This document shows positions 1 to 13,700 of a DNA stretch of 64,000 bases, piece after piece. The DNA lies in contig CM075994.1 in the NCBI GenBank assembly GCA_038087875.1, forward strand, positions 868,001-932,000. The letters run 5' to 3'. The number at the start of each line of letters is the position of its first letter. Position 1 is the stretch's first letter. Below the pieces are notes generated by a model. The model did not search any database. It was not told where the DNA came from and saw only the letters and a program-made list of their open reading frames with translations. The translations under genes and the position numbers were made by a program. The DNA is from Malacoraja senta (taxonomy: Eukaryota).

Positions 1-450
1 GAATAGAGACACAGCCTACTCAACCTCTCCCCTTAGCTCACACCCTCTAATCCTGGCAACATCCTCGTAAATCTTTTCTGACCCCTTTCAAAGTTGACAA
101 TATCTTTCCTATAATATGGTTACAGAACTGAACACAATATTCTATATGGCGTCTCACCAACGTCTTATACAACTGCAACATGACCTCACAACTTCCATAC
201 TCAATACTAGGACTGATTAAAGCCAAAGTGCCAAAAGCCTTTTTGACCACCTTATCTACCTGCGACTCGACCTTCAAGGAACCATGTGCCTGCACTCCTA
301 GATCCCTCTGCTCTACAACACTACCCAGAGGCCTAATGTTCACTGTGTGCATCCTGCCCTTTTTCGATACCCCAAAATACAACACCTCACACTTCTCTGT
401 ATTAAATTCCGTCAACCATTCCTCTGCCGACCTGGCCAATCGATCCAGAT
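1..450 (-). mobile_element. CR1 LINE RT C-terminal fragment
   Basis: ORF 47..439 has EWLTEFNTEKCEVL, RDLGV and LYKTLVRRHIEYCVQF motifs typical of CR1 ORF2. Confidence 0.9.
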
Positions 451-639
451 CCTATATGACTATGGCCCTATGAATACATGAATCTATGACTGGATTTCCC
501 CTGCTCAAGGAAAAATTCTCTGCAAATTCCTTGTTGCACTTGGAGAATTTGTCTTGGAACTGAGAAAAATGGCTTTGTTGCTGGGTCCGAGGCCCCATCC
601 CTCTTCCCTCACATCTGCTCACATGGAATTGTCAAAAAT

Positions 640-3600
640 AGCAAAACACAAGGTGCTGGAGACAGCAGCTGTGGAGGGAATGGCCAGGTGATGTTTTGTG
701 TCAAGAGATCGACTCAAAATGCTGGAGTAACTCAGCGGGACGGGCAGCATCTCGGGAGAGAAGGTTGTGTGTGACGTTTCAGGTCGGTACCCTTCGACAA
801 ACTGAGAGTGAGGGGAGAGGGAGACACAGAGATATGGAAGGGTAAGGTGTGAAAATTACAGATCAAGCGCGACGATGAGCAAGGAAACATTGAATGGTTC
901 ATTGTTAGCTGAGGGGAAGGTGACAACATTACGTACAATCAGTAAAATTAATCAAGAGGAATGTGAAACTAGTTGGAGAACTAAGATGCAGAGGGATGGA
1001 GAGAGAGGGCAAACAAGGTGTCAAATGGGATAGTCGAGGACGAAGTTAAAGGGAAAGAGAGTAAAGGGATAGTTAATGACTCCAGAATTAGCGGGAAAGG
1101 AAGCTCACAAAGGGATAGGAGAGTATGGCCAAGTGTAATAGGGATCGATGTGAAAGGTGAGATGCTTAAAGAATTAAAGGTATTGCATTTGAATGCGAGA
1201 AGTATAAGAAGTAAAGTAGATGAGCTTGAGGCTCAGTTAGAGGTTGGTAGATACGACATTGTGGTGGTTACTGAGACGTGGCTGCAGGAGGATCGGGCCT
1301 GGGAAATTAATATTCAGGGTTATACATCCTATAGAAAGGACAGGCAGGTGGGCAGAGGACGGGGGGGGTAGATATGCTGGTGAGGGATGGAATTCAGTCC
1401 CTTGCGAGGGAAGACATAGGGACTGACGAGGTAGATTCACTGTGGATTGAGTTGAGGAATTGTAAAGGCAAGAAGACACCAATTGGTGTTATCTACAGAC
1501 CCCTAAATAGTAGCCCTAAATAGACCCCTAAATAGTGTAAGTTGCAGCAGGAGTTAAAACTGGCATGTAACAAATGTAATGCCACTGTGGTGATGGGGGA
1601 TTTCAATATGCAGGTAGACTGGGAAAACCAGGTTGGTTCAGGACCCCAAGAAAGAGAGTTTGTAGAATGCCTCCGAGATGGATTCTTAGAGCAGCTTGTA
1701 ATGGAGCCGACCAGAGAAAGGCAATTCTGGATTTAGTGTTGTCCAATGAACCAGATATGATAAGAGAACTCGAGGTAAAGTAACCGCTTGGAGGTAGTGA
1801 TCAAAATATGATTAGCTTTAATCTGCAAAAGGAGAACGTTAAATCGGAAGTGGCAGTGATGCAGTTGAACAAAGGGGACTATGAAGGCATGAGAGCGGAG
1901 CTGGCCAAAGTAGACTGGAAAGGGATCCTAGCAGGAATAACGGTGGAACAGCAATGGCAGGTATTTCTGGGCATAATCCAGGAGACGCAGGATCATTTTA
2001 TTCCGAAAAGGAAGAAAGATTCTAAGGGGAGTAGGAGGCAACCGTGGCTGACAAGGGAAGTTAGGGATAGAATAAAACTAAAAGAAAAGATGTATAACAC
2101 AGCAAAGAGTAGCCGGAAGCCAGAGGATTGGGAAACATTCATAGGACAACAGAAGGAAACAAAATGGGCAATACGGGCTGAAAAGATGAAGTATGAGGAG
2201 AAGCTGGCCAGGAATATAAAGAAGGACAGTAAAAACTTCTTTAGATATGTTAAGGGAAAAAGAGTAGCAAAGTCAAATGTGTGTCACTTGAAGGCAGACA
2301 CGGGTGAAATTATTATGGGCAACAAGGAAATGGCAGAAGAGTTGAATAGGTACTTCGGATCTGTCTTCACTAAGGAAGACACAAACAATCTCCCAGATGT
2401 ACTGGAGGACAGAGGATCTAAGGGGGTAGAGGAACTTAAAGAAATTTTCATTAGGCGAGAAATAGTATTGGGTAGGCTAATGGGACTGAAGGATCACCTG
2501 GACCTGATGGTCTGCATCCCAGGGTCCTCAGAGAGGTGGCTCTAGAAATAGTGGACGCATTGGTGATCATTTTCCAATGTTCAATAGATTCAGGATCAGT
2601 TCCTGTGGATTGGAGGATAGCTAATGTTATCCCACTATTCAAGAAAGGAGCGGAGAGAAAACGGGGAATTATAGACCAGTTAGCCTCACTTCGGTGGTGG
2701 GAAAGATGCTGGAGTCAATTATTAAAGATGTAATAATGGGGCATTTGGATAGTAGCAAAATGATTAGTCCAAGTCAACATTGATTTATGAAAGGGAAATC
2801 ATGCTTGACTAATCTTCTGGAATTTTTTGAGGATGTGACAAGTAAAATGGATGAAGGGATGCCAGTGGATATACTGTATCTAGACTTTCATAAAGCCTTA
2901 TATAAGGTCCCGCACGGGAGACTGGTGACAAAAATTAGAGCACATGGTATTGGGGGTAGGGTGTTGACATGGATAGAAAATTGTGTGGCAGACCGGGAGC
3001 AAAGAGTAGGAGTGAACGGGTCCTTTCCAGAATGGCAGATAGTGTCGAGTGGAGTGCCGCAAGGCTCGGTGTTTGGGGCCGCAACTGTTTGCCATATATA
3101 TTAATGATTTAGAAGAGGGAATTAGGAGCAACACTAGCAAGTTTGTGGATGACACAAAACTGGGTGGCAGTGTGAACTGTGAAGAGGATGTTAGGAAGTT
3201 GCAGGGTGACCTGGACAGGTTGAGTGAGTGGGCAGATGCGTGGCAGATGCAGTATAATATAGATAAATGTGAGGTTATCCAATTTGGCGACAAAAACAAG
3301 GGGGCAGATTATTATCTCAATGGGGTTAGGTTAGGTAAGGAGGAGGTGCAGTGAGACCTGGGTGTCCTTATACACCGGTCACTGAAAGTTGGCGTGCAGG
3401 TACAGCAGGCAGTGAAGAAAGCTAATGGAATGTTGGCCTTCATAACAAGAGGATTTCTGTATAGGAGTAAAGAGGTTCTTCTGCAGTTGTACAGGGCTCT
3501 GGTGAGACCACATCTGGAGTATTGTGTACAGTTTTGGTCTCCTAATTTGATGAAGGACATCCTTGTGATTGAGGCAGTGCAGCGTAGGTTCATGAGATTG

Positions 3601-4345
3601 ATCCCTGGGATGGCGGGACTGTCATATGAGGAAAGATTGAAAAGATTAGGCTTGTATTCACTGGAGTTTTGGAAGGATGAGGGGGGGATCTTATTGAAAC
3701 ATATAAAATTATAAAAGGACTGGACAAGCTAGATGCAGGATAAATGTTCCCAATGTTGGGCGAGTCCAGAACCAGGGGCCACAGTCTTAGAATAAAGGGG
3801 AGGTCATTTAAGACTGAGGTGTGAAAAAACGTTGTCACCCAGAGAGTTGTGAATTTATGGAATTCCCTGCCACAGAGGGCAGTGGAGGCCAGATCACTGG
3901 ATGGATTTAAGAGAGAGTTAGATAGAGCTCTAGGGGCTAGTGGAGTCAAGGGATATGGGGAGAAGGCAGGCACGAGTTATTGATAGGGGATCAGCCATGA
4001 TCACAATGAATGGCGGTGCTGGCTCGAAGGGCCGAAAGGCCTCCTCCTGCACCTATTTTCTATGTTTCTATGTTTCTAAGGGTGACTTGAAGTTAGAGAA
4101 GTCAATATTCATACCGCTGGGTTGTAAGCTGCCCATGCAAAATATAAGGTGCTGTTCCTCCATTTTGCGTGGGCCTCACTCTGACAGTGGAGGAGGCCCA
4201 GGATAGAAAGGTCAGTGTGGGACTGGGAGGGGGAATTAAAGTGTTTGGCAACCGGGAGTCCTAGGTGGACTGAGCGGAGATGTTCAGCGAAACGATGACC
4301 CAGTCTGCGCTTGGTTTTGCCGATATTGCTGGGACCCTTCAACAG
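640..4345 (-). mobile_element. Penelope-like element remnant (about 640-1015 and 4080-4345), split by a CR1 insertion
   Basis: GIY-YIG C-terminal peptide IGKTKRRLGHRFAEHLRSV...PVAKHFN in ORF 4109..4342; terminal repeat with degenerate hammerhead at about 772-795. Confidence 0.75.
1015..4078 (+). mobile_element. CR1 LINE, near-complete but frameshifted ORF2 (APE endonuclease + RT) with 3' tail
   Basis: LHLNARSIRSKVDEL/TETW (EN), MGDFN, KSCLTNLLEFF, GVPQGSV, FVDDTKL; (CTATGTTT)n tail at about 4060-4078; many stops and frameshifts. Confidence 0.95.
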
Positions 4346-4351
4346 TCTGAT

Positions 4352-4625
4352 TAGTTTAGCTTAGAGATACAGCGTTGAAACAGGCCCTAAGGCCCACCGG
4401 GTCCACACTGACCAGCGATTCCCACACATTAACACTATCCTACACACACTAGGGACAATTTACATTGATACCAAGCCAATTAACCTACAAACCTGCAGGT
4501 CTTGGGAGTGTGGGAGGAACCCGAACAACATTCAAGACAGCACCAGTAGTTGGGATCGAACCCGGGTCTCTGGCGCTGTAAGCGCTGTAAGGCAGCAACT
4601 CTGCCGCTGCGCTTCCGTGCCGCCC
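4352..4625 (-). mobile_element. HE1-like tRNA-derived SINE
   Basis: Head with A-box and B-box GGTTCGATCC; tail gggcctgtttc...tatctcta shared with CR1. Confidence 0.8.
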
Positions 4626-4663
4626 CTGTTCAATAAACACTTCTGCAAAAACAATGTTCTTAC

Positions 4664-4750
4664 CATCTGTCCACGGCGATTCAAATGCAGAATCATCAAT
4701 GCAGGGTTTCACTTCATCAAACCACAGATCTATTGAGCACTCCAAAAAAT
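4664..4750 (-). CDS. Coding exon 6 ((D)[28 protein letters not shown])
   Basis: Acceptor cctttctcctttatatgtacag; donor G|GTAAGA; 87 bp, phase 1-1. Confidence 0.85.
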
Positions 4751-7700
4751 CTGTACATATAAAGGAGAAAGGTGATTTTTAAAGCATCAATCACCATCAA
4801 ATACAGCAGAAAAGCAGGCATTTAATCTCAACATGCTTTAGTTCAGAGATATAGCGTGGAAACAGGCCATTCAGCCCTCTGAGTTCACGCCGACCTGCTA
4901 TCCCAGTACACTAGCACTATCCCATGCACTAGGGACGATACACAATTTTAACCAAAGACAATTAGCCTGCAAACCTGCACGTTTTGGAGTGTGGGAGGAA
5001 ACCGGAGCATCCGGGGAAAACCCACGCAGGTCACGGGTAGAACGTGCAAACTCCGTACAGACAGCACCCGCTGTCAGAATCGAACCCGGGTGTCTGGCGC
5101 TGTGAGGCAGCAACTCTCTACCATTGCGCCACCGTGCCAACCACTTCTATCCCTTTGTCCACTCCACGGGCATTAGCGCCAATTCACGTGGGGGAGGGGG
5201 GGGGAGCCCTTATCCTACCAACCTGCACGTCTTTGGGGTGTGGGAGGGAACCGGAGCACCTGTTTGTCAGGGGTTATGGGGAGAAGGCAGGAGAATGGGG
5301 TTGGGAGGGAACGATAGATCAGCCATGATTGAATGGCAGAGTAGACATGATGAGCTGAATTCTGCACCTAGTACTGATGAACATGAACTGAACTCACCAC
5401 GAGTGGTTTTGCTGCTCAGGACAGGATCATCTGCAAAAGAGATAAAGAAGGCACATATCCAATTAAACCTTGCCGCCCACTTTATTTTCAAGAATTAGTT
5501 CATCTGCGGTACTGTTCTCATTCATGGTGGCTAGCATTAAGGCAGTGGGTTGAAGGGTCTGTTTCTGTGCTGTCAACTCTATGATTCTGATTCTATGAAT
5601 CGATAATGTTTTATTATTAATGTGTAATTAATGTGTAACGTATTCATTCATTCATTCATTCATGATGTGTTATGTGTCATTCCTAACTGTCACTGTATGT
5701 CAAGTTGACAGAGGAGGGCGCTGCAGAGAGTTATAAAAACTGCACAGAGCATCACAAACGCTCAACTGCCCTCCTTGGATGATATATATAGGGCCCGATG
5801 CTTGCGCCGGGCCATAAACATCAAGCAGGACACATCCCACCCTGCCAACAACCTTTTCACTCTGCTACCCTCTGGGAGGCGATTCGGGTCTCTGAAGGTT
5901 CGCACCGGTAGACTAAAAAATAGTTTCTACCCATGTGCGATAAAAGAACTTAATTCCGACAGAGAACACTGGGGAAGCAAAATGTAATTCCAAGAAATGC
6001 AACATTCTTTTAAAATTCTATTTAAATACTTATTTATTATTTTTACTAATAAGTGTGCATATGTGTCAATGGTTGTCGTGTTTGTATTTTTTAACCGGAG
6101 GAGATGCAATGGAATTTCGTTGCACAGTATTGTGCAATGACAATAAACGTATTCATTCATTCATTCATTCATAATGTGTTATGGGTCATTCCTAACTGTC
6201 ACTGTATGTCAAGTTGACACATACGGGCGGAGCACCAAGGCAAATTCTTTGTATGTGAATACTTGGCCAATAAACTTTTACATTAATTCATTCATGCTAT
6301 TCCCCATACCGTCTATATCTCCCCATCCCCCTTTCCCCTTTCCCCTGACTTTCAATCTGAAGAAGGGTCTCAATCCGAAACATCACCTATACCTTTTCTC
6401 CAGAGATGCTGCCTGATCTACTGAGTTACTCAAGAACTTTGTGTATTTCCAGCGGTATGATTGTTGATTACTCTAATTTAAAGTCATGCCCTGCATTTCC
6501 TCTCCTCACCACCCCCCCCCCCCCCATCTCCATCCTACTCATTCTACTAGTTCCACTGTTCACCTCCATGTATCTCTTCATTATATCCTCTTCCCCAACC
6601 AACAATGGGCCATCCGCGGTCATCTGTTGCCGGCCCTGCTTTGTTCTGGTCTTTTCCCATCTCCAGTTCCCTCCCCTCCACTTTCAGTCTGAAGAAGAAT
6701 CCCGACCCAAAACATCACCCATCCTTTTTCTCCAGAGATGCTGCCAGACCCGATGAATGACTCCAGCACTTGGTGTATATCTTACATTTGGTTTAGTTTA
6801 TTTCAGTTTCATTTAGTTATGGGGTTACGGGGAGAAGGCAAGAGAATAGAGTTGGGTCGGAGAGTGAGATCAGCCATGATTGAATGGTGGAGTAGACCTG
6901 ATGGGCCGAATGGCCTAATTCTACTCCTATTCCTTATGAGCTTATGACTGTTAGACTGCGATCCACTTACCAAGATAATCGTACAGCTTGAACAGAGCAG
7001 GTTTAAAGCACACCTTCATCTGCATTAAAGTTTGGTGAATGTAACAGTCTGGAGAAAAAAAAACATCAGTCCACTTTCAAAGAAAAATAATATATACTTT
7101 TTAGTTTAGAGGTACTGCTCGGAAGCTGGCCATTCAGCCCACCTTGTCCGCGCTGACCAACGATCCCCGCACACTAGCAGTATCCTACACACACTAGGGA
7201 CAATTTACAATTTTTACCAAAGCCAATTAACCTACAAACCTGCACGACGTTGGGATGTGGGAGGAAACCGGAGCACCCGGAGGAAACCCCTACGCGGTCA
7301 CGGGGAGAACGTACAAAATGACACAAAGCTACGTGGCAGTGTGAACTGTGAAGAGGATGTTAGGAGTTTGCAGGGTGACCTGGACAGGTTGAGTGAGTGG
7401 GCAGATGCGTGGCAGATGCAGTATAATATAGATAAATGTGAGGTTATCCACTTTGGCGACAAAAACAAGGGGGCAGATTATTATCTCAAAGGGGTTAGGT
7501 TTGGTAAGGGGGAGGTGCAGCGAGACCTGGGCGTCCTTGTACACCGGTCACTGAAAGTTGGCGTGCAGGTACAGCAGGCAGTGAAGAAAGCTAATGGAAT
7601 GTTGGCCTTCATGTCAAGTCAAGTCAAGTCACATTTATTTATATAGCACATTTAAAAAACAACTCTCGTTGGCCAAAGTGCTTTACATTTGTTATAAGAA

Positions 7701-10700
7701 TAGTATAAACAAACAAACTACATACATATTTACATAGAGCCCTCACTCAGAGGACGTCAAGAAAGGCTTGAGAGTATAGATGTTTTTAGTCTTGACTTAA
7801 AGGAGTCGATGGAGGGGGCAGTTCTGATGGGAAAGGGGATGCTTCCACAGTCTAGGGGCTACAAGCGCAAAGGCGCGGTCGCCCCGAGCTTATGGCTAGA
7901 CCGCGGGATATTCAGCAACCCCAAGTCGGCCGATTTGAGGGACCTGGAGGTGGAGTGGTGAGAAGACTTTTAATGTAGGTGGGGGTAAGCCCATTGAGGG
8001 CTTTGTAGACATAGAGGAGGATCTTGAAATGTATACGGAACCGCACAGGGAGCCATTGGAGAGAGGCCAGGATCGGGGTGATGTGGTCCCTTTTTCGGAT
8101 CCCGTCAGGAGTCTCGCTGCGGCGTTTTGGACCAGTGGCAGGCGGTACAGGGAAGATTGGCTGATGCCAGTGTAAAGGGAGTTGCAGTAATCTAGGCGGG
8201 AGGAGATAAATGTGTGGATGATCTTTTCGAGGTCATCAAAGTGGAGGAATTGTTTTATTTAACTATCGTCCGAAGCTGAAAGAAGCTAGCTTTTACCACG
8301 GCATTGATTTGATTGCCAAATTTCAGTGCTGAGTCAAACATCACGCCAAGGTTTTTGACGTGAGGTTTGAGTAGTGGGGTAAGGCTTCCAAGGCTGCCTG
8401 CTATCATTTTGATTGAGTCCGAGGGGCCGAGAAGGATGACCTCAGACTTACTCTCGTTTAGTTGGAGGAAGTTCTGGGCCATCCAACACTTTATATCCTC
8501 GAGGCAGCGGGTAAGGTTAAGCAGATTTGATTGTTTTTTGGGCTTCAGGGGGAGATAGAGTTGTGTATCGTCTGCGTAGCAATGGAAGGAAATGCCGTGC
8601 CTTTCAATGACTTGGCCTAAGGGGAGCATATACAGGGAGAAGAGAATGGGCCCAAGGATGGAACCTTGTGGAACCCCACAGCAGAGATTAGCTGGGGAGA
8701 TAACAAGAGGATTTCAGTATAGGAGTAAAGAGGTTCTTCTGCAGTTGTATAGGGCTCTGGTGAGACCACATCTGGAGTATTGTGTACAGTTTTGGTCTCC
8801 TGATTTGAGGAAGGACATCCTTGTGATAGAGGCAGTGCAGCGTAGGTTCACGAGATTGATCCTTGGGATGGCAGGACTGTCATATGAGGAAAGATTGAAA
8901 AGACTACGCTTGTATTCACTGGAGTTTAGAAGGATGAGGGGGTATCTTATAGAAACATATAAATTTTTAAAAGGACTGGACAAGCTAGATGCAGGAAAAA
9001 TGTTCCCAATTTTGGGCGAGTCCAGAACCAAGGGCCACAGTCTTAGAATAAAGGGGAGGTCATTTAAGACTGAGGTGAGAATTTTTTTTTGCACCCAGAG
9101 AGTTGTGATTTTGATGGAATTCCCTGCCACAGAGGGCAGTGGAGGCCAAGTAACTGGATGGATTTAAGAGAGAGTTAGATAGAGCTCTAGGGGCTAGTGG
9201 AGTCGAGGGATATGGGGAGAAGGCAGGCACGGGTTATTGATAGGGGACGATCAGCCATGATCAAAATGAATGGCGGTGCTGGCTCGAAGGGCTGAATGGC
9301 CTCCTCCTACACCTATTTTCTATGTTTATATGATTCTAACTCCGTACAATGAGAACCCGGGTTCAGGATCGAACCCGGGTCACTGGTGCTGGAGGCAGCA
9401 ACTCTACCGCTGTGCCACCGTGTTGCCCAATTATGACTTTACTAATGTATATACATAAAAACATATACTTAAAAATATATAGTCAAAATTAAAATATTTA
9501 CTATTTTCCATTGCATTCCACTATGTAGTTCAATGCAGATAGTGAGAGGTGTTGCACATTGTCCATGCTGTATGGATGGGTGACATTTCGGGTCTTCTCC
9601 ATGTTCTCCAGAGATGTTGCCCGACCCGCAGAGTTACTCCATCACTTTGCGTCTTTTTTTACAAACCAGCATCTGCAGTTCCTTGAGGTAGAAGGGTCTC
9701 AACCCGAAATGTCTCCCATTCCTTCTCTCCAGAGATGCTGCCTGTCTCGCTGAGTTACTCCAGCATTTTGTGTCTATCTGCAGTTCCTTATTTCTTCATT
9801 GGAGAAATACAAAGGCATCCAAGGAAGAGTTTCTGGGATAGTTATTCCCTCTCTCTCTCTCCCTCCTCCACCCAAGTCGCACTAGCTTCTTGTTTCACCC
9901 AACAAGTGAGTGTCTTCCCTTCCATTGAAGGTAGACACAAAATGTTGGTGTAACTCAGCGGGACAGTCTGCATCTCTGGAGAGAAGGAATGGGTGACGTT
10001 TAGGGTCGAGACCCTTCTTCCCTTCCATTGACTCCATCTACACCTCACGCTGCCTCGGCAAGGCCAGCAGGTAATCAAGAACCTGTCTCACCCCGGTCAC
10101 TCCCTCTTTCCCCCTCTCCCATCGGACAAATGTTAGAGAAGTGTAAAAACGCACACCTCCAGATTCAGGAACAGTTTCTCCCATCTGTAACGAGGCAACT
10201 GAACCATCCTATCAACAACTAGAGAGCAGTGCTGACTACTATCTACCTCATTGGAAACCCTCGGACTATCTTCGATCGAACTTTATCGACTTTCTCTTGC
10301 ACTAAACGTTATTCACATTATTCCTTTTATCGCTTATCTGTACACTGTGGACGGCTCGATCATAATCATGTATTGTCTTTCCTGCTGACTGTTTTTTCAT
10401 GTTGGCGCACCATGATACCACCGCACCATGGCAGCCTCACCAACCTTCTGTCTGTCTTTTCGTCTAATTTTTGTTATTTTTGGTAGTTTTAAAAGTTTGT
10501 TTTAATGTTCTCTGGTTGGTTTTATGTGGGAAGTGGGGGAACGGGGAGTGGGGAGTGGGAAACTGTTTTTCAATCTCTTACCTTGCCGGAGATGCGATTA
10601 TTTTCCGGATCGTATCTCCGGTCGCTCTGCGGCCTAACATCGTGGAGCTGGCGGCCTTGGTCGGGACTGACTGTGAGCCTCACCGAGGGGCCGTGGACTT

Positions 10701-13700
10701 ACCATCGGAGCCTGTGATCCCTTGCCTGGGATCGACGCTCCAACCACGGCCTGCAGATTTCACCATAGAGGAGTTTGCAGTGTTGGGTAGAGACAATTTT
10801 TTTTGACAAAGCCGATAAACCTACAAACCTGCAACTCCTTGGGACATGGGATGAAACCGGAGCACCTGGAGTAAACCCACCCGCTCACAGCGAGAATGTG
10901 CAAACTCTGTACAGACAGCACACAAGCTCAGGATCGAACCCGGGACTCTGGCGCTGTGAGGCAGTAAATCTACCGCTGCACCACTGTGCCGCCCACAATC
11001 CCGTCAATAAAATCATAGAGCATAAAGTTGGTTCGCCAAAATTATTATACCTAAGATGGCATCTTAAAAGTCCATCTCTCGTTTGTACCCTTTCATAATT
11101 TGTTTATATGCCCACAGACTAACACTATCCAACACACACGAGGGACAATTTACATTTATACCAAGCCAATTATTTCACAAACCAGGACGACTTTGGAGTG
11201 TGGGAGGATAACGGAGCAACCGGGAAAAACCCACGCATGTCACGGGGAGAACGTGCAAACTCCGTACAGAAAGCACCCGAGGTCAGGATCGACCCCGGGA
11301 CTCTGGTGCTGTGAGGCAGCAACTCTGCCGCTGCGCCATCGTGCCGCCTTTCTCTCTGCACAGAAGTCGCATTTTTATTGATTTTGCTGCTTGCAAAAGT
11401 TCAGCATGAGAGACAGTCAGCTCACAGAAATCGCATGCACCAAAAATAATACTTACCCGTATCAGGGTTCGAAGCACAAGTCTTTAGAACTTCCAATCTA
11501 GCCCTTAGTTGGCACCCTGTGAATATAAATAGATTGTTACTGCATGGGATATAGGCACTGGCTATCTAATACGCAAAAGGACACAAAGTACTGGAGTATC
11601 TCTGTGAAATTTACACAAACACAGATGTAATGCTGAGGCTTTATAAGGCACAGGTCAGGCCGCATTTGGAGTGCTGTGAGGTAATTTGGGCACCATATCT
11701 GAGGAAGAATGTGCCAGCTCTGGAGAGGGTCCAGAGGAGGTTTACAGGAATGATTCCAGCAATGAGTGGGTTAGCATATGATGAGCGTTTGTCGGCACTG
11801 GGCCTCTACTCGCAGGAATTTAGAAGGTTGAGGGGGACCTCATTGAAACTTACAGAATAATGAAGGACATAGATGGAGAGGATGTTTCCACTGGTGGAAG
11901 AATCTAGGACCAGTGGACATAGCCACACAATTAAGGAGGAGAGGAGGAACATCTTGAGTCAGAGGGCAGTTAATCTGCGGAACTTATTGCCACAGACGGC
12001 TGTGGAGGCCAAGTCAGTGGATATTTTTAAGACAGAGATACACACGTACTTGTTTAGCATTGGTGTCAATTGTTATGGGGAGAAGGCTGGAAAATGGGAT
12101 TAGGTGGCAGAGATCAGGCATGATTGAATGGCCGAGTAGACTCGATGTGCCGAATGGCCTAATTCTACTCCTATAACTTGTGAACTCAGTGGGTCAAGCG
12201 GCATCTCTGGAGAACTTGGTTAGGTGACGTTTCGGGTCGGGACCATTTAGTTTAGAGATGCAGCATGGAAACTGGCCCTGCGGCCCACCGAGACCATGAC
12301 GTCAAGACATCACCCCGTACACTAGTTCTAGCACCCCCACTGGGGTCAATTTACAGAAGCCAATTAACCTGCAAACCTGCACTTCTTTGGAGAGTGGGGG
12401 GAAACCGGAGCACCCGGAGAAAACCCACGCAGCCACAGTGAGAACGTACAAACTCCATACAGACAAGCACCTGTAGTCAGGATCGAAACCGGGTCTCTGA
12501 CGCTGTGTGGCAGCAACTCTACCGCTGCGCCACCATGCCGCCCTTCTTCAGACTGAAGGAGCAGAGGGGAGAAAGCTTACGGAGAGAGGTGAGGGGAAGG
12601 GGTGGGAAGGAATACTGAGGTTCCTGGGTGGAGGTGAGAGAGGAGGCACAGAGAAAGTGACAAAGGCCCAAGGTGAGAGGACAGAATGTGTGAGGCAAAA
12701 GCAGTGAAGTCTCGAATTGTGAAGCTGGAGGGAGGAATGTAGGTGGATGGGGGGTGGGGAGGGATATTAGTGCTAGGCTTTGTCCTGCCCCTCTTCTCTT
12801 CCAGCTTTCTACCCCTCCCACCCACCAACCAAACCCCACACTGTCTGGAGAAGGGTCCCAACCAAAAACGTTACCTATCCATGTTCCCCAGAGATGCTGC
12901 TTGACATGATGAGTTACTCCAGCACTTTGGGTCCTTTTGTGTAAACCAGCGCCTGCAGTTCATTGTTTCTACAGTTATTCAGCAAGTTTGTTCTTCTGAA
13001 CTGCTTAAAATGGAAAATCCACTGATTCACTCCTAGTGATATCTCCATTTAATGCTTGCATTGAATCCTAAATGCACTTGGTTCAGACTCCCGGGAAGGA
13101 ATACTGTACCTATTGTGGGCTGAAGATTGTGGGCCACAATATTGTGGGCTATTGTGGCCCGTTCCTGTGTGCTGTTATTAGAGTCTTAGGGTCATAGAGG
13201 GATACAGTGTTGAAACAGGCTCTTCAGCCCAACTTGCCCACACCGGCCAACATGTCCCATCTACACTTGTCCCACCTGTTTGCATTTGGCCCATATACCT
13301 CCAAACCTGCCCTATCCATGTACCTGTCTAACTGCTTCTGAAATGTTGGGACAGTCCCAGCCTCAACCTCAACTACTTCCTCTGGCAGCTTTTACCCAAT
13401 CAATTGCTCTTATGATTTTATACATCTCTATAAGATCACCCCTCATTCTCCTGCGCTCCAGGGAATGGAGACCCAGCCTCCACAACCTCTCCCTGTAGCT
13501 CACACCCTCTAGTCCTGGCAACATGCTGGTAAATCTTCTCTGTATCGTTTCCAGCTTGACAACATCTTTCCTACAACATGGTGCCCAGAACTGAACACAA
13601 TACTCTAAATGCGGTCTCACCAATGACCTCCCAACTATTCTTTGTTCTGCTTTCTAAAGCATTACTAATACTTCTGCTCTTATTTCAAAATAAAGTTAAC

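Noticed and set aside
470..559. Possible seventh exon of the secreted protein (acceptor ccatttttctcag; VPRQILQVQQGICREFFLEQGKS...)
   Set aside because: Frame is open in phase 1, but there is no convincing donor, it runs into a CR1 tail and it lacks the C-x11-C spacing; unresolved without RNA data
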